A stretch of 64,000 nucleotides of DNA from Bacilli bacterium (GTDB lineage Bacteria > Bacillota_I > Bacilli_A > RF39 > UBA660), in assembly GCA_045545595.1 (NCBI GenBank), contig JAZQBG010000003.1, forward strand, positions 91,462-155,461, read 5' to 3'. Both the position numbers and the translations under genes were made by a program. Numbering within the stretch: position 1 is the first letter of the stretch; each line of letters begins with the position of its first letter. Positions 28,274 to 39,753 of this stretch are shown here, one piece after another. Below the pieces are notes generated by a model. The model had not been told where the DNA came from. It made no database searches and was given only the letters and a program-made list of their open reading frames with translations.

Positions 28274-28389
28274 CTATTATACACTATTTGATTAGATATT
28301 TCATGGTTAAAACTAGATTTTTCTATATGATCTACTCTAATTACTGCAAAATAAGCAAAAACAATAAACATTAATAAGAAAATAATCAT
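28270..28389 (-). CDS. small single-TM peptide (39 aa), divergent from lexA (SosA/YneA-like position)
   Basis: Not in the track. 'MIIFLLMFIVFAYFAVIRVDHIEKSSFNHEISNQIVYNR'. GAAGGGAAAGG RBS. LexA boxes lie upstream. Confidence 0.35.
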   Translation of the reverse strand: MIIFLLMFIVFAYFAVIRVDHIEKSSFNHEISNQIVYNR

Positions 28390-28458
28390 TCCTTTCCCTT
28401 CTCTTAAAACATTACTTAACATACTACCAACTTCCTTTCATGATTACATTCTACAACA

Positions 28459-28501
28459 AACAATTGTTCGTGTCAATATATTTTCGAACAATTGTTTGAC
28501 A
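28459..28501 (+). promoter_or_regulatory. two LexA (Cheo-type) boxes and the lexA promoter
   Basis: AACAATTGTTCG (28459-28470) and CGAACAATTGTTTG (28485-28498) match GAAC-N4-GTTC. The second overlaps the lexA -35 TTGACA (28496-28501); -10 TAAGAT at 28519. Confidence 0.6.
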
Positions 28502-28546
28502 AATTTGTAAAGTTGTGTTAAGATGTAAATGTAAGGAGTTGGTTAA

Positions 28547-29164
28547 ATGCAAGAATTAACTGAAAGACAAACTGAGATACTTAATTTTATTAAAGAATTT
28601 ATCGTTTCAAATGGATACCCACCTACTGTTAGGGAAATAGGAAAAGCTCTAGGATTATCTTCACCAGCAACTATTCATTCACATTTAAATAATTTAGCTG
28701 CAAAAGGATTTATTAAAAAAGACAGTTCAAAAAATCGTGCGCTTGAATTGTTAGTTGAAAATGAATATGAAAATAAAGCTGAAGATGTTATCGAAGTTCC
28801 TTTACTTGGAAAAGTTACAGCAGGTAATCCTATTGAAGCAATTGAAAGACCTAATGAGTTTTTCTCATTACCAGCATTTTTAGTTCCAAAACAAAAAGAG
28901 GTATTTACTCTTGATGTTAGTGGTGAAAGTATGATTAATGCAGGTATATTTGATGGAGATATTGTTATAGTTCAAAAACAAAACACAGCTAGAAATGGTG
29001 ACATCGTTGTTGCGATGACTGCTGATAACGAAGTAACATTAAAAACATATTATAAAGAAAACGGGTATTTTAGATTACAACCAGAAAATGATAAGTTAGA
29101 GCCTATTATATTAGATAGTGTTACTATATTAGGAAAAGCAATAGGACTATATAGAAAATTTTAA
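28547..29164 (+). CDS. lexA: LexA repressor
   Basis: 205 aa with an N-terminal winged HTH, an Ala-Gly cleavage site 'VTAGNP' and the S24 peptidase 'SGESMINAGI...K' Ser/Lys dyad. Confidence 0.9.
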   Translation: MQELTERQTEILNFIKEFIVSNGYPPTVREIGKALGLSSPATIHSHLNNLAAKGFIKKDSSKNRALELLVENEYENKAEDVIEVPLLGKVTAGNPIEAIERPNEFFSLPAFLVPKQKEVFTLDVSGESMINAGIFDGDIVIVQKQNTARNGDIVVAMTADNEVTLKTYYKENGYFRLQPENDKLEPIILDSVTILGKAIGLYRKF

Positions 29165-29323
29165 TACAAATAGAGCTAATATTTATGCTTAAAAGGCCAA
29201 AGTGTCATATGACACTTTGGCCTTTACAAATTTCTATCTTTTGATTTAGTTCTTCTTTTTTTATTATCTTACTTAATTATAATGTACATATTGTGATTAA
29301 GAAGATATTCCATAAGGCAAGCC

Positions 29324-31264
29324 TTATGGAATCAAGAGAGGGCGGAAGGAGTTGGCGGCGACGTTGTTAGCAGAACCAGCGTGGCTGTCAGAGTAAAACA
29401 CCCCTACCCGTGCATTGGAAGAATAGCTACCACCACGCATAAACCAAGGAGTACTAGCGGTCACGAAGACATCATTATCGGAATACCATTTCATTGTTTC
29501 CCAAGTCGCATCTCCTAATATTGCTTTTTCCTTTGTTATATTACTTAAAATTGTTCCATTATATAAATCATAATATTTTGAAGATGGAAATGTTGTAAAT
29601 CCTGATGAACTGGTAGTACTTGCATAGTTTCCCATAGTATATTCAAATAATCCTCCACTCATATCATATACTCCATATATTGTTCCAGTGGTACTCGCTC
29701 CTGTTCCTGCATATGCAACCTTATCTCCTGTACATTCTGCTACATCAGTTGAACAGGCTTTATCATTATATGAATATGTTCCATATGTTGAATATCCAAT
29801 TGCTGGTGGTACTCCACTACTTCTTCCTGTATATGAACTTGTGCTAGAACTATAACTGTTATTTTTATATACTTCTTTATTTGTTCCTGTATAATTTGCA
29901 TTACCCATTTTTCCGTACTGGCTTTGTGAAAGAATTGCTACTGCTCCCCATTCTGTATTCTTCATCATATGTGTATCTGTTGTATTAGTTGTTGTATTTA
30001 ATCCATATACATTATTTTCATTTGCTGTAAATGTTACTTCTCCTGTACTACTATCAAATGTTCCTCCTGCAAATTTTAATGCAGTAATAAACCGTGTACT
30101 TACTGTTTGATAACTTAATGATTGTACATCTGGTTTTATGATTGGTTCTACATCTGCACAGTTGTCAGCACTACCTGATGTATTACAAGTTTCATTGCTA
30201 GTCCCTGGTTCAAATTTCGCTACCCAAAAACCTGTTATTTCTTCGTCCCATGCTCCTCTTGATGTTGTACTGCTGTCATATTCTATGTTATCTAAATTTC
30301 TAAATGCTGGATGTGTATAATAATTTGTATTTGTTCCATCATCTGATATACCATTTCTATATACAGTTTCTGTAACCCCATTTGTTTCAGTTCCGGTCTC
30401 AAATACTACATCTATTTGTGGTGGCTCTGTAATAGCACTACTACTCCCAATATTACTTGATATATTATATCTATATCTAGGTATCCATACCCACATACTA
30501 TTTATATCGTCCATTGGTATTGGTGTTCCAGGTTCTGCGTTTAAATAAGTACTTCTATTTGTACTTGTTACTGTCACTGCATTTGCCCATACCTGTTCTT
30601 GATATGCATACCATCCTTTTTCAGTATCTGCTTTAACCCATACATCATTATCATCATCATACACAACTGGTATCATTCCATCCGCTAATACCGGTTCATT
30701 TGCGCCACTTGTATCTGTAAATGTTGAATATGGTAGTGCTTCTTCTATAACATTCATTTCATTTCTGCCTGTATTAAGCACTACAGTATTTGCTGCATAC
30801 CCACCTTGTACACCTATTTCCAAGGTTGCCGCTTGTGATGAAGTATTTGTTATTATTATTCTTACTGTTTTTGATAAACCAGACGCAATTAAATCTGTTA
30901 CTGGTGATTCACTATTACTTGATACACCGACATCTACACCAAGTATTGTAACGTCGCCTGCAAATCTATAATACATTTTATATTTTGTAGTGTTTGCTAA
31001 TCCATTTGTAATTGTAATATTAAATGTTTTTGTTTCACCAGATGCTACCGTAATAGTTCCACTATTTCCATTTATAATAAAATTATTTTCATCTGAAGTC
31101 AAAGTGAAATTTATCTCACTAGCTACTATTGATGCAATTCCTACTCTTTCTACTGATTTTTCAAACAGTGCAAAAGAAGTATATATTAGTGAAAATAATA
31201 ACATTGCACCTATTAATAACACTGCATATATTTCTCTTACTGACATAGTTAATATCCTCTTCAT
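29324..31264 (-). CDS. membrane-anchored protein with C-terminal FGE-sulfatase (SUMF1/DUF323) domain
   Basis: Probable start M32 ('MKRILTMSV...' signal anchor); the ORF extends to 31357 through the rny terminator hairpin. C-terminal 'WFMRGGSYSSNARVGVFYSD...FRPLL' resembles the FGE-domain C-terminus. Confidence 0.55.
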   Translation of the reverse strand: MKRILTMSVREIYAVLLIGAMLLFSLIYTSFALFEKSVERVGIASIVASEINFTLTSDENNFIINGNSGTITVASGETKTFNITITNGLANTTKYKMYYRFAGDVTILGVDVGVSSNSESPVTDLIASGLSKTVRIIITNTSSQAATLEIGVQGGYAANTVVLNTGRNEMNVIEEALPYSTFTDTSGANEPVLADGMIPVVYDDDNDVWVKADTEKGWYAYQEQVWANAVTVTSTNRSTYLNAEPGTPIPMDDINSMWVWIPRYRYNISSNIGSSSAITEPPQIDVVFETGTETNGVTETVYRNGISDDGTNTNYYTHPAFRNLDNIEYDSSTTSRGAWDEEITGFWVAKFEPGTSNETCNTSGSADNCADVEPIIKPDVQSLSYQTVSTRFITALKFAGGTFDSSTGEVTFTANENNVYGLNTTTNTTDTHMMKNTEWGAVAILSQSQYGKMGNANYTGTNKEVYKNNSYSSSTSSYTGRSSGVPPAIGYSTYGTYSYNDKACSTDVAECTGDKVAYAGTGASTTGTIYGVYDMSGGLFEYTMGNYASTTSSSGFTTFPSSKYYDLYNGTILSNITKEKAILGDATWETMKWYSDNDVFVTASTPWFMRGGSYSSNARVGVFYSDSHAGSANNVAANSFRPLLIP

Positions 31265-31361
31265 GCCTTCACCACTCTTCTTTATTATGTAACAATTATA
31301 ACATATTTTTTCTAATTTTCTACCTGTAATAACAAAAAGATTTGGAAAAATTTCCAAATCT

Positions 31362-32915
31362 TTATTTTGCTTCTTCTGTTGCTCTAGTTTCTCTAACTAC
31401 AGTAATTTTTACTGTACCAGGATATTTCATTTCTCTTTCTATTTTTTCTTTTATATCTCTAGCGATTTTATAACTAGTCAAATCATCAACTTGATCAGGT
31501 TTAACGATAACTCTAAGTTCTCTACCAGCTTGTAACGCATAACTTTTATCAACGCCATTAATATCTGTAGCGATTTCTTCAAGTTGTTTTACACGTTTTA
31601 CATAGTTTTCGAATGAATCATTACGTGCACCAGGTCTAGCTGCTGATAAAGCATCTGCTATCATTACTAGTGATGAAATGATACTAGTTTGTTCGTGATC
31701 CCCATGATGAGATTCTATCGAATTAATAACTACTTCATCTTCACCATATTTTTTAGCTAAATCTGACCCTATTTCTACATGACTACCTTCCATTTCAAAG
31801 TCGATAGCTTTCCCAATATCATGCAATAAACCAGCTCTTTTAGCAAGTAATACATTTTCACCAATTTCAGCTGCCATAATACCAGCAAGATTCGCAACTT
31901 CCATTGAATGTTGTAAAGCGTTTTGACCATAACTTGTTCTAAAATGAAGTTTCCCTAAAATATGAATTAACTCAGGATCCACTTTAGTAATACCAAGTTG
32001 GAATAATGCATCTTCACCTATTTCAGTTATTCTTGCATTTATATCCTTACAAGTTTTGTCATATAATTCTTCAATTCTAGTTGGATGGATTCTTCCATCT
32101 TTAATTAAAGTTTCAATAGTTACTCTAGCAATTTCCCTTCTTAATGGATCAAAACTAGATAGAACAATAGCTTCTGGAGTATCATCAATTATTAAATCAA
32201 CACCAGTAACAGCTTCGATTGTTCTAATGTTTCTACCTTCTCTACCAATTATTCTACCCTTCATTTCATCGTTAGGTAAAGTAACAACGGTAACAGTTTG
32301 TTCATTAGTTACATCAGATGCATATTTTTGCATACTCATTACTAATAAATTTTTAGCTTTTCTATCAGCTTCTAGTTTAGCTTCAGTTTCTCTTTCTTTA
32401 ACATATTCTGCTATTTCTAAACTCATAGCCGCTTCTACTTTTTTCATTATTTCTGATTTTGCTTTTTCTTTTGAATAACCAGAAATATTTTCAAGTACTT
32501 CTAATTGTTGTTTTTCCAATTCTCCTAAATTTACTTCCTTATCTTGGAGTTCCTTTTGTTTTTGTAATAAATTATTATCTCTTTCATCTAAAAGTTTTTC
32601 TCTATTTTGTAATGCTAAATCTCTTTTATCAATATTTTCTTCACGTTGTAAAAGTCTATCTTCAGCTTCTTTAGCTTCAGCTTTTCTTTCTTTTACTTCT
32701 TTATCAGCTTCTTGTTTAAGCTTATAAATTTCTTCTTTAGTTTCTAAAATAGAATCTCTTTTAGACTTGTCAGCTTCTTTTTTAGCCTTTTCAATTAATT
32801 CTTCAGCCTTTTTTAAAGCGTTATTTCCTTTTATATTATTAATAATAATTGATACAACAAATCCAAGAAATATACCAACAATAGTAAGTAAAATGGAGAA
32901 CAGAATATTATCCAT
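31362..32915 (-). CDS. rny: ribonuclease Y
   Basis: 517 aa with N-terminal TM, coiled coil, KH domain and an HD domain ('HHGDHEQTS'). Confidence 0.9.
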   Translation of the reverse strand: MDNILFSILLTIVGIFLGFVVSIIINNIKGNNALKKAEELIEKAKKEADKSKRDSILETKEEIYKLKQEADKEVKERKAEAKEAEDRLLQREENIDKRDLALQNREKLLDERDNNLLQKQKELQDKEVNLGELEKQQLEVLENISGYSKEKAKSEIMKKVEAAMSLEIAEYVKERETEAKLEADRKAKNLLVMSMQKYASDVTNEQTVTVVTLPNDEMKGRIIGREGRNIRTIEAVTGVDLIIDDTPEAIVLSSFDPLRREIARVTIETLIKDGRIHPTRIEELYDKTCKDINARITEIGEDALFQLGITKVDPELIHILGKLHFRTSYGQNALQHSMEVANLAGIMAAEIGENVLLAKRAGLLHDIGKAIDFEMEGSHVEIGSDLAKKYGEDEVVINSIESHHGDHEQTSIISSLVMIADALSAARPGARNDSFENYVKRVKQLEEIATDINGVDKSYALQAGRELRVIVKPDQVDDLTSYKIARDIKEKIEREMKYPGTVKITVVRETRATEEAK

Positions 32916-33317
32916 ATAAATTCCTCCATTCTCTAATTTATATATGTTAACAAATTATAAAATTTAATTTAACGTATATTTCTATTTTATATGTAATATG
33001 TCAATTAGTCAAGGAGGAATTTCCAAATAATTTTCTTTAAGTAAAATATCACAATGTTATTGCATAAAATATCATTGATTTTTAATTTGATAAGACTTAA
33101 TTCTAATATCATCAATCTTTTCTAGTAAATCATTAAAAATCATTTCCATATAGATAGTGTTCATAATATCATCTCCATCTGAATACTATCATAAAAATTG
33201 TACATATTCATTAGTTTCGACAAATGTTGTCAATTACCGTCAAGTTAGTTTTGTAGTATAAGTTTTGATAGAAGAATTATAGAACTTTATTTCAATTTGT
33301 AGTATAATATTTGTCAG

Positions 33318-33911
33318 GTGAGAAAGATGAAATATCCGAAAGGGACCAAGAAAAATTTAAATAAAAATATTTATTATGGTAACCGAGGAATGAACTTAGA
33401 ACAAGATATAAATATTACTAATGAATATTATTTAACAAACGATATTGCAGTAATACATAAAAAACCTACTCCAATAACAGTAAATAAGGTAGATTATCCA
33501 TCTAGAATAGATGCAGTAATTACAGAAGCACATTATAAAACACCTTCTACTACTGATTATAATGGGGTATATAAAGGTTTATATATTGATTTTGAAGCCA
33601 AAGAAACTAAAAATAAAACCTCTTTCCCACTTTCGAATATACATTCCCATCAAATAAAACATATCGAATCAGTAATACGACATGGTGGAATAAGTTTTGT
33701 AATTGTTAGTTTTACAACGATTAATAAACTATATTTATTGGATGGTAATGATTTAATTTCTTTCGTCAACAATAATGAAAGAAAATCTATCCCACTTCTC
33801 TATTTTGAGGAAAAAGGAATAATACTAGAATATAAGTTCCAACCTAGAATTGATTATCTAAAAGCAGTCGATAAGTTAATTGAGGTGAAATATGAAAAAT
33901 ATAGTAGATAA
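33318..33911 (+). CDS. recU: Holliday junction resolvase RecU
   Basis: 197 aa. RecU motifs; conserved recU-ponA arrangement. Confidence 0.85.
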   Translation: MRKMKYPKGTKKNLNKNIYYGNRGMNLEQDINITNEYYLTNDIAVIHKKPTPITVNKVDYPSRIDAVITEAHYKTPSTTDYNGVYKGLYIDFEAKETKNKTSFPLSNIHSHQIKHIESVIRHGGISFVIVSFTTINKLYLLDGNDLISFVNNNERKSIPLLYFEEKGIILEYKFQPRIDYLKAVDKLIEVKYEKYSR

Positions 33912-36771
33912 AATTAAGAGTTTTATAAAGGAAAAAGAAGATATATTACCTATTATAATTTTAAGTATTATAATATTTATAATTGGTATATTTGTAGTAG
34001 GTTTTATAAAGTCATTTTTGCTTATAGCAATTATCGCACTTATATATGTTGTTTATGAATATGGAGATGATATTATGAAAAGGATAAAAACGGGAAAAGG
34101 AAATAAAGTTAAAGTTACTACAAGTGAAAAAACAACTACTCCTAAAGTTAAGAAACCAAAGGAAAAGAAAAAAGGAAAAAGAAGAATATTAAATAACATA
34201 ATGATTTTTATATTATCACTTATAGGGTTAGGACTTATAGCAGTTGGCGTATTCCTAGGTTATATTGTTAGTAATGCACCAGAATTTGATGCGGATAAGT
34301 TATATTCTAAAGAAAAAAGTGTAGTTTATGATAGCAACGGTAATATTTGGGCTGAGTTAGGTACAGAAAAACGTGAAAAAGTTACATATGATGAATTACC
34401 ACAAGTACTTATAGATGCAATAATCGCTACAGAAGATGCAAACTTCTTTAAACATAATGGTATTGATCTAGGTAGATTTACTGTTGCAACAATTAAACAA
34501 TTAATGGGTAAAGATGGTGGTGGTGCTTCTACCCTATCGATGCAAGTTGTAAAAAATCAATTTACTTCTAAAGATCAAACTTTAACAAGAAAATTTACAG
34601 ATATATACTTAGCAGTATTCAAATTAGAAAAGAAATATACTAAAGAAGAAATTATGGAATTCTATGTTAATATACCTTATTTAGGAAATGGTGCATATGG
34701 TGTTCAACAAGCAAGCCGTGTTTACTTTAATAAAGATGTTAAAGATTTAACACTACCTGAAGCAGCAATGATAGCTGGTATGTTTCAAGCACCTGGTTCT
34801 TATGATCCTACAATAAATCCAGAAAACACTAAAGAAAGACGTTCAACAGTTTTATATTTAATGAAACGTCATGGTTATATTACTGAGGAAGAAAGAAAAG
34901 CTGCAGAAGCAGTAGATATTCAACAAATGATTTCACAAGGAACTGCTTCTTCAAGTAAATATCAAAGTTATTTAGATGTTGTTATTAAAGAAGTTGAAGA
35001 AAAAACAGGAAGCAATCCTTACAATGTTTCAATGCAAATTTATACAACATTACAACCAGATAAACAAGATTATGTTGAAAAAATATTAGCTGGTGAAGTT
35101 TACAAATTTAAAGATGATTTAGTTCAAACTGGCATAGCAGTTACAGATATACACACAGGTGCGATAGTCGCAATCGGTGGTGGTAGAAATAAAGGGGCTG
35201 CCAAAACATTCTATAACAATGCTACTATGATAAAAAGGCAAATCGGTTCTACTGCAAAACCTTTATTCGATTATGGTCCAGGTATAGAATATAACAATTG
35301 GAGTCCTGCAATGACATTTGTTGATGAACCGTATTCATATAGTGATGGAAAACCTATTAGAAACTCTGATGGTTCATTCTTAGGAACATTAACAATGAGA
35401 GAATCATTGATTAGGTCTCGTAACATTCCTGCTGTTAAGGCATTCCAACAAGTAAACAAAAAACAAATAATTCAATTTGTACAAGGATTAGGTATTGAAC
35501 CTGAAATTAGTAATGGAACAATTCATGAAGCACATGCTTTAGGTGCATTTAATGGTTCTAACCCACTTCAAATGGCAGCAGCTTATGCGACATTTGGTAA
35601 TGGCGGATATTATATTAAACCTTATTCAGTAACGAAAATAGTTTATGAAGCAGATGGTAGCGAAGAAACATTTGCTGTTAATAAGACAAAAGCTATGTCT
35701 GATTCAACTGCATTTATGATAACTGATATGTTAAACTATGGTATAAATAGTGGATATATTGGTGGTGGAAGAGTTAGTGGTGTTCAATATGCTGCTAAAA
35801 CTGGTACTTCTAACTTTGATGAAGATACAATTAAAAATAACGGACTTCGTTCTAATGCAATAAATGATTTGTGGGAAGTTGGTTTTGACCAAGAATATGC
35901 AATTGGTATGTGGTTTGGTTATGAAGAAATTGATCCTAATTACCATTTCACTACTAATAACTGGGGAGATAGAACTCAATTATGGAATGCTATAGCTAGA
36001 GGAATATTCGAACAAAGCGGCAAAAAATTTGAAGCGCCTGATAGTGTTGTAAAAGTAAAAGTAGTTAAAGGTTCTGATCCATTAAAACTAGCTAGTGAAT
36101 ATACTCCTAGTGATATGGTAGTTGAGGAATACTTCAAAAAAGGAACCGAACCAACTGAAGTTGATACTTCATATATGCAAATTCCAGATGTATCTAGTTT
36201 AACTGCAATTGGTAGTGGTAAAGAAGTAACGCTAAAATGGAATGCACCAGTAATGCCAGATACTAGTGGACTTCCAACATACATTATTTATCAAGATGAT
36301 GTTGAAATTGGAACTACTGATTCAACAAGTTATAAAATTAAAATTACTGAGAAAAAGAAATATACATTTACTATTAAAGTAAGTTATTCTAATTTAGAAG
36401 GAGCACAAAGTCCAGGTGCTAGTACAACAATCGATTTATCAGAAAATGAAGAAATTACAGTTAAATTAAATGGTAAAAAAACTATTGACATAGATCTTAA
36501 TGAAACATTTGAAGACCCAGGAATTATAGTACTTGAAGGTACTAAAGATGTTACTAGTAAAGCCACTGTATCAATTACACCTAGCAAAATTGATACAGGC
36601 GTTGTGGGAACATATACATTAACTTATACAATTAGTTATAACGGTCAAACTAAAAAATTAACTAGAACAGTTAATGTTGTTGATGATAATAGTAATAATA
36701 GTAGTTCTACACCTGATGAAAATACCGGTGAATCTACTGATACTGAAACTCCTACAATTCCAACTACATAA
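33892..36771 (+). CDS. ponA: penicillin-binding protein 1A (bifunctional GT51 glycosyltransferase/transpeptidase) with C-terminal Ig-like/low-complexity extension
   Basis: GT51 '[14 protein letters not shown]'. Transpeptidase S-T-A-K ('GSTAKP'), SRN ('RSRNIP') and KTG ('AKTGTS'). Ser/Thr/Asp-rich tail. Confidence 0.9.
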   Translation: MKNIVDKIKSFIKEKEDILPIIILSIIIFIIGIFVVGFIKSFLLIAIIALIYVVYEYGDDIMKRIKTGKGNKVKVTTSEKTTTPKVKKPKEKKKGKRRILNNIMIFILSLIGLGLIAVGVFLGYIVSNAPEFDADKLYSKEKSVVYDSNGNIWAELGTEKREKVTYDELPQVLIDAIIATEDANFFKHNGIDLGRFTVATIKQLMGKDGGGASTLSMQVVKNQFTSKDQTLTRKFTDIYLAVFKLEKKYTKEEIMEFYVNIPYLGNGAYGVQQASRVYFNKDVKDLTLPEAAMIAGMFQAPGSYDPTINPENTKERRSTVLYLMKRHGYITEEERKAAEAVDIQQMISQGTASSSKYQSYLDVVIKEVEEKTGSNPYNVSMQIYTTLQPDKQDYVEKILAGEVYKFKDDLVQTGIAVTDIHTGAIVAIGGGRNKGAAKTFYNNATMIKRQIGSTAKPLFDYGPGIEYNNWSPAMTFVDEPYSYSDGKPIRNSDGSFLGTLTMRESLIRSRNIPAVKAFQQVNKKQIIQFVQGLGIEPEISNGTIHEAHALGAFNGSNPLQMAAAYATFGNGGYYIKPYSVTKIVYEADGSEETFAVNKTKAMSDSTAFMITDMLNYGINSGYIGGGRVSGVQYAAKTGTSNFDEDTIKNNGLRSNAINDLWEVGFDQEYAIGMWFGYEEIDPNYHFTTNNWGDRTQLWNAIARGIFEQSGKKFEAPDSVVKVKVVKGSDPLKLASEYTPSDMVVEEYFKKGTEPTEVDTSYMQIPDVSSLTAIGSGKEVTLKWNAPVMPDTSGLPTYIIYQDDVEIGTTDSTSYKIKITEKKKYTFTIKVSYSNLEGAQSPGASTTIDLSENEEITVKLNGKKTIDIDLNETFEDPGIIVLEGTKDVTSKATVSITPSKIDTGVVGTYTLTYTISYNGQTKKLTRTVNVVDDNSNNSSSTPDENTGESTDTETPTIPTT

Positions 36772-36794
36772 TAAAAGAACATAAAGATTTGAAA

Positions 36795-37418
36795 TTAATC
36801 TTTATGTTTTTTTTCTTTACAAATGTTAATTAGTTTGCAATTTTCACATTCAGGTTTTTGTGCTTTGCACTTATATCTACCAAATAAAACTAATTGATGA
36901 TGTCTTTTACTCCAATTTTCTTTTTTTATTTTTTTCATAAGTTTCTTTTCGATTTTATCCACATCATCTTTTTTATATGCTAAACCAAGTCTTTTACTTA
37001 CTCTAGAAACATGAGTATCAACTGCAATTGCTGGCACATTATAAATGTTACTCAATACCACATTACAAGTCTTTCTACCTACTCCTGGCATACTTTCTAG
37101 TATTTCTCTATTATTTGGAACAATACCTTCATATTCATCGTATAATATACGTGAAATTTCTTTTACGAAGATAGCCTTTTTTCTGTATGTACCTATTTCT
37201 TTTATAATATTTGAAATATCTTTTATATCAGCCTGTTTTAAATCTTTTAATGAAGGATATTTACTAAATAAAACTTCTGTGACTTTATTTACCCTTTTAT
37301 CTGTTGTCTGCGCACTTAATACAACTGCAATCAACAATTCATAATCTTTATTATAATTTAATTCACATTTTGGATTAGGAAAAAGTTCATCTAAATAGTT
37401 TTCTATTTCACTAATCAC
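36795..37418 (-). CDS. nth: endonuclease III
   Basis: HhH-GPD 'MPGVGRKTCNVVL' and a C-terminal 4Fe-4S Cys cluster 'CKAQKPECENCKLINIC'. Confidence 0.9.
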   Translation of the reverse strand: MISEIENYLDELFPNPKCELNYNKDYELLIAVVLSAQTTDKRVNKVTEVLFSKYPSLKDLKQADIKDISNIIKEIGTYRKKAIFVKEISRILYDEYEGIVPNNREILESMPGVGRKTCNVVLSNIYNVPAIAVDTHVSRVSKRLGLAYKKDDVDKIEKKLMKKIKKENWSKRHHQLVLFGRYKCKAQKPECENCKLINICKEKKHKD

Positions 37419-38080
37419 TTTTCGTCACCATTTAACCAATCATAATCAAAGATTTCAATTTTTTCTTCTTGTTTGTTTCTTCTAATGTTATTCTTTCTAA
37501 CATCACTTACAGTTTTATAACCTTTTTTCTTCCATTCATATAATATTTTATCAATATATCTAAGGCTACTAACACCATTAAATGTAGCTTCTTTTAAAGC
37601 TTCTATTATTATTTCATTACTAAATTTTTCTTTAATCCAACCATTAATGATTTCATATTCCATTGGAGATAAAGTTCTTCCAAATTCATCTTCAAATGTT
37701 TGAAATAAATTTGAATCTATATTTTCATTACTATTCACTTCATCCATCATTAACATAGAAATTTTATTGTAGAATAATTCACAAGAAATAAATTCTTCCA
37801 TTACTCCCATATTATTTTTAACTAAGTCTATAGATATAATTTGTTTTTCAGTTAAGCTGTTTATCAATTCTAATACTTTCTTTAACGTGATATCTAATTC
37901 TTTAGAAATAACCTTAGGATTAAATGGCAATAGACCATTATTATTAATTAAATAAATAACTAAAATAAATTCTTCAGAGTTTAAATTAAGTTTTTTATAA
38001 TTCAAAAATATATATTTAGGAATAGTTATATTACCCATTTTCATAAATTCTAGTAGTTTAATAGTATTTGTTCCGCTCAT
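37415..38080 (-). CDS. dnaD: DnaD domain replication initiation protein
   Basis: C-terminal 'LRYIDKILYEWKKKGYKTV' DnaD/DnaB C-terminal signature. Conserved dnaD-nth arrangement. Confidence 0.7.
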   Translation of the reverse strand: MSGTNTIKLLEFMKMGNITIPKYIFLNYKKLNLNSEEFILVIYLINNNGLLPFNPKVISKELDITLKKVLELINSLTEKQIISIDLVKNNMGVMEEFISCELFYNKISMLMMDEVNSNENIDSNLFQTFEDEFGRTLSPMEYEIINGWIKEKFSNEIIIEALKEATFNGVSSLRYIDKILYEWKKKGYKTVSDVRKNNIRRNKQEEKIEIFDYDWLNGDEK

Positions 38081-38090
38081 TTTAATCCCC

Positions 38091-38528
38091 CTATCTGTCC
38101 ATATTTATTTTTTTGATAAATTCTCCTGTTAATGCATCATAATATGAATATGTGTATCCATCTTTATTTTCTTTTTTTATTCCGTATATTAGCTTTTCAT
38201 ATTTATAACCAACTGTATAATTTTGATTTTTTATTTCATCAATTTGTTTTAAAGAAGACTTTTCAACATTCATTGTTAAATTATAATCTTTGTCCATAAC
38301 TCCAATATAATCATTGTTATCCTTGGTGTAATAAGAAATATAATATACTTCTTCACCATAATATACATTTGTTTTACTAATATTTGCAGCCCCATAATTA
38401 ATATATAAAACATTTTCTGCTGATTTAATGTTGGCATTAGGTTTACTATTTCCTAATTTTGACATTATTAATATTGCCACTAATACAATTAATAGTATAG
38501 AAACTATTGTTATAATAATTTTTTTCAT
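38091..38528 (-). CDS. hypothetical membrane-anchored protein
   Basis: Probable start 'MKKIIITIVSILL' (M21 of the ORF that extends to 38588); single N-terminal TM. Confidence 0.4.
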   Translation of the reverse strand: MKKIIITIVSILLIVLVAILIMSKLGNSKPNANIKSAENVLYINYGAANISKTNVYYGEEVYYISYYTKDNNDYIGVMDKDYNLTMNVEKSSLKQIDEIKNQNYTVGYKYEKLIYGIKKENKDGYTYSYYDALTGEFIKKINMDR

Positions 38529-38559
38529 ATAATCACCTATTAACATTATAACACAATTC

Positions 38560-39075
38560 TTAGAATCTTTTTGTAACAAATATCGCAATTAAATCTATTA
38601 CAAAGATAAGTGTAAATATTATGGTTGCTAGTCTAGGTATTCTTTTTATAAATCTATCTAAAAACGGTTTAACAATATATACATAAAGTAGCGCTAGTAC
38701 ACCCCAACATAACGATACTTCTAAGCAAATATATTTTCCAAAGTTATAATTTTTATTTGTATAATCCCATAAATCAACACCAAATATCATGTTGATTAAA
38801 TGTCCACCTATCCACTCAATTAGTGTTAGTAATATGAATGAGGAAAAAAATAATAATACTGGTTGTAAAAATTTATTAATTTTTAATTTTTTGTATATCA
38901 AATTATACAAAGATAAAATAATCAATACACCTATTCCATAGATAGGAGTTATAGGTCCATAAAATATACCACTATGTCTATTGGAATCCATAAATTTATA
39001 CATTGTTGATTCTATAATAAAGCCTATAACGGAATATATATAAAAAGTATTTAAATAGTACATAATAATCACCAT
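38560..39075 (-). CDS. hypothetical polytopic membrane protein
   Basis: 171 aa, about 5 TM segments. Confidence 0.4.
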   Translation of the reverse strand: MVIIMYYLNTFYIYSVIGFIIESTMYKFMDSNRHSGIFYGPITPIYGIGVLIILSLYNLIYKKLKINKFLQPVLLFFSSFILLTLIEWIGGHLINMIFGVDLWDYTNKNYNFGKYICLEVSLCWGVLALLYVYIVKPFLDRFIKRIPRLATIIFTLIFVIDLIAIFVTKRF

Positions 39076-39136
39076 TATTAATATGTATATTTTTAATAAT
39101 TTTATAATGTTTGAATATATTTATATTGGTGATGAT

Positions 39137-39751
39137 ATGTATAAAATTAGTCCATTATATTATGGATATTCTAGTTTAGAACCTTATATTGATACACATA
39201 CGATGGGATTACATTATAATAAACATTATAGAAATTATCTTAATAATTTAAATAAATTATTAATCAAGAACAACTATGATTTTAGTTATCCTATTGAACA
39301 ACTCTATTTGCACTTAAATATGTTTAATGAAAGTGATATTGAAGATATTTTATTTAATCTTGGTGGGGTTTTAAATCACGAACTGTATTTTAGAATTATT
39401 GCGCCAAATAAAAACAAAAGTGATAATTTACCTTTACTTAGCCTAATTAAACAAAAATACGGTAGTTATGATAATTTTAAGGGAGAATTTAGAAAGTTTG
39501 CTAAAAGTTTAAAAGGCTCAGGATATACTTCATTAGTTATGAATGATAATAACGAAATATATATAATAAATACACAAAATCAAGATAGCCCTATATTTTA
39601 TAATTTAATACCTCTAATTATAATTGACATGTGGGAACATGCATATTATATAAATTATGAAAATGATAAGGATAAATATATTGATGCCTTTTTTGATATT
39701 TTAAATTTAGAAGAAGCTAATAAACTATTTGAATTTAGTTATAGAAGATAA
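39137..39751 (+). CDS. sod: Fe/Mn superoxide dismutase
   Basis: 'LEPYIDTHTMGLHYNKHY' N-terminal metal-ligand His, 'LGGVLNHELYF' and 'DMWEHAYYINY' D/H ligands. The ORF opens at 39083, but the ATG at 39137 gives the canonical N-terminus. Confidence 0.85.
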   Translation: MYKISPLYYGYSSLEPYIDTHTMGLHYNKHYRNYLNNLNKLLIKNNYDFSYPIEQLYLHLNMFNESDIEDILFNLGGVLNHELYFRIIAPNKNKSDNLPLLSLIKQKYGSYDNFKGEFRKFAKSLKGSGYTSLVMNDNNEIYIINTQNQDSPIFYNLIPLIIIDMWEHAYYINYENDKDKYIDAFFDILNLEEANKLFEFSYRR

Positions 39752-39753
39752 CA

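Noticed and set aside
33066-33164. 32-aa minus-strand ORF (MNTIYMEMIFNDLLEKIDDIRIKSYQIKNQ) with GGAG RBS between rny and recU
   Set aside because: It is too short and featureless to call. It could be real, but the evidence is a single RBS only.
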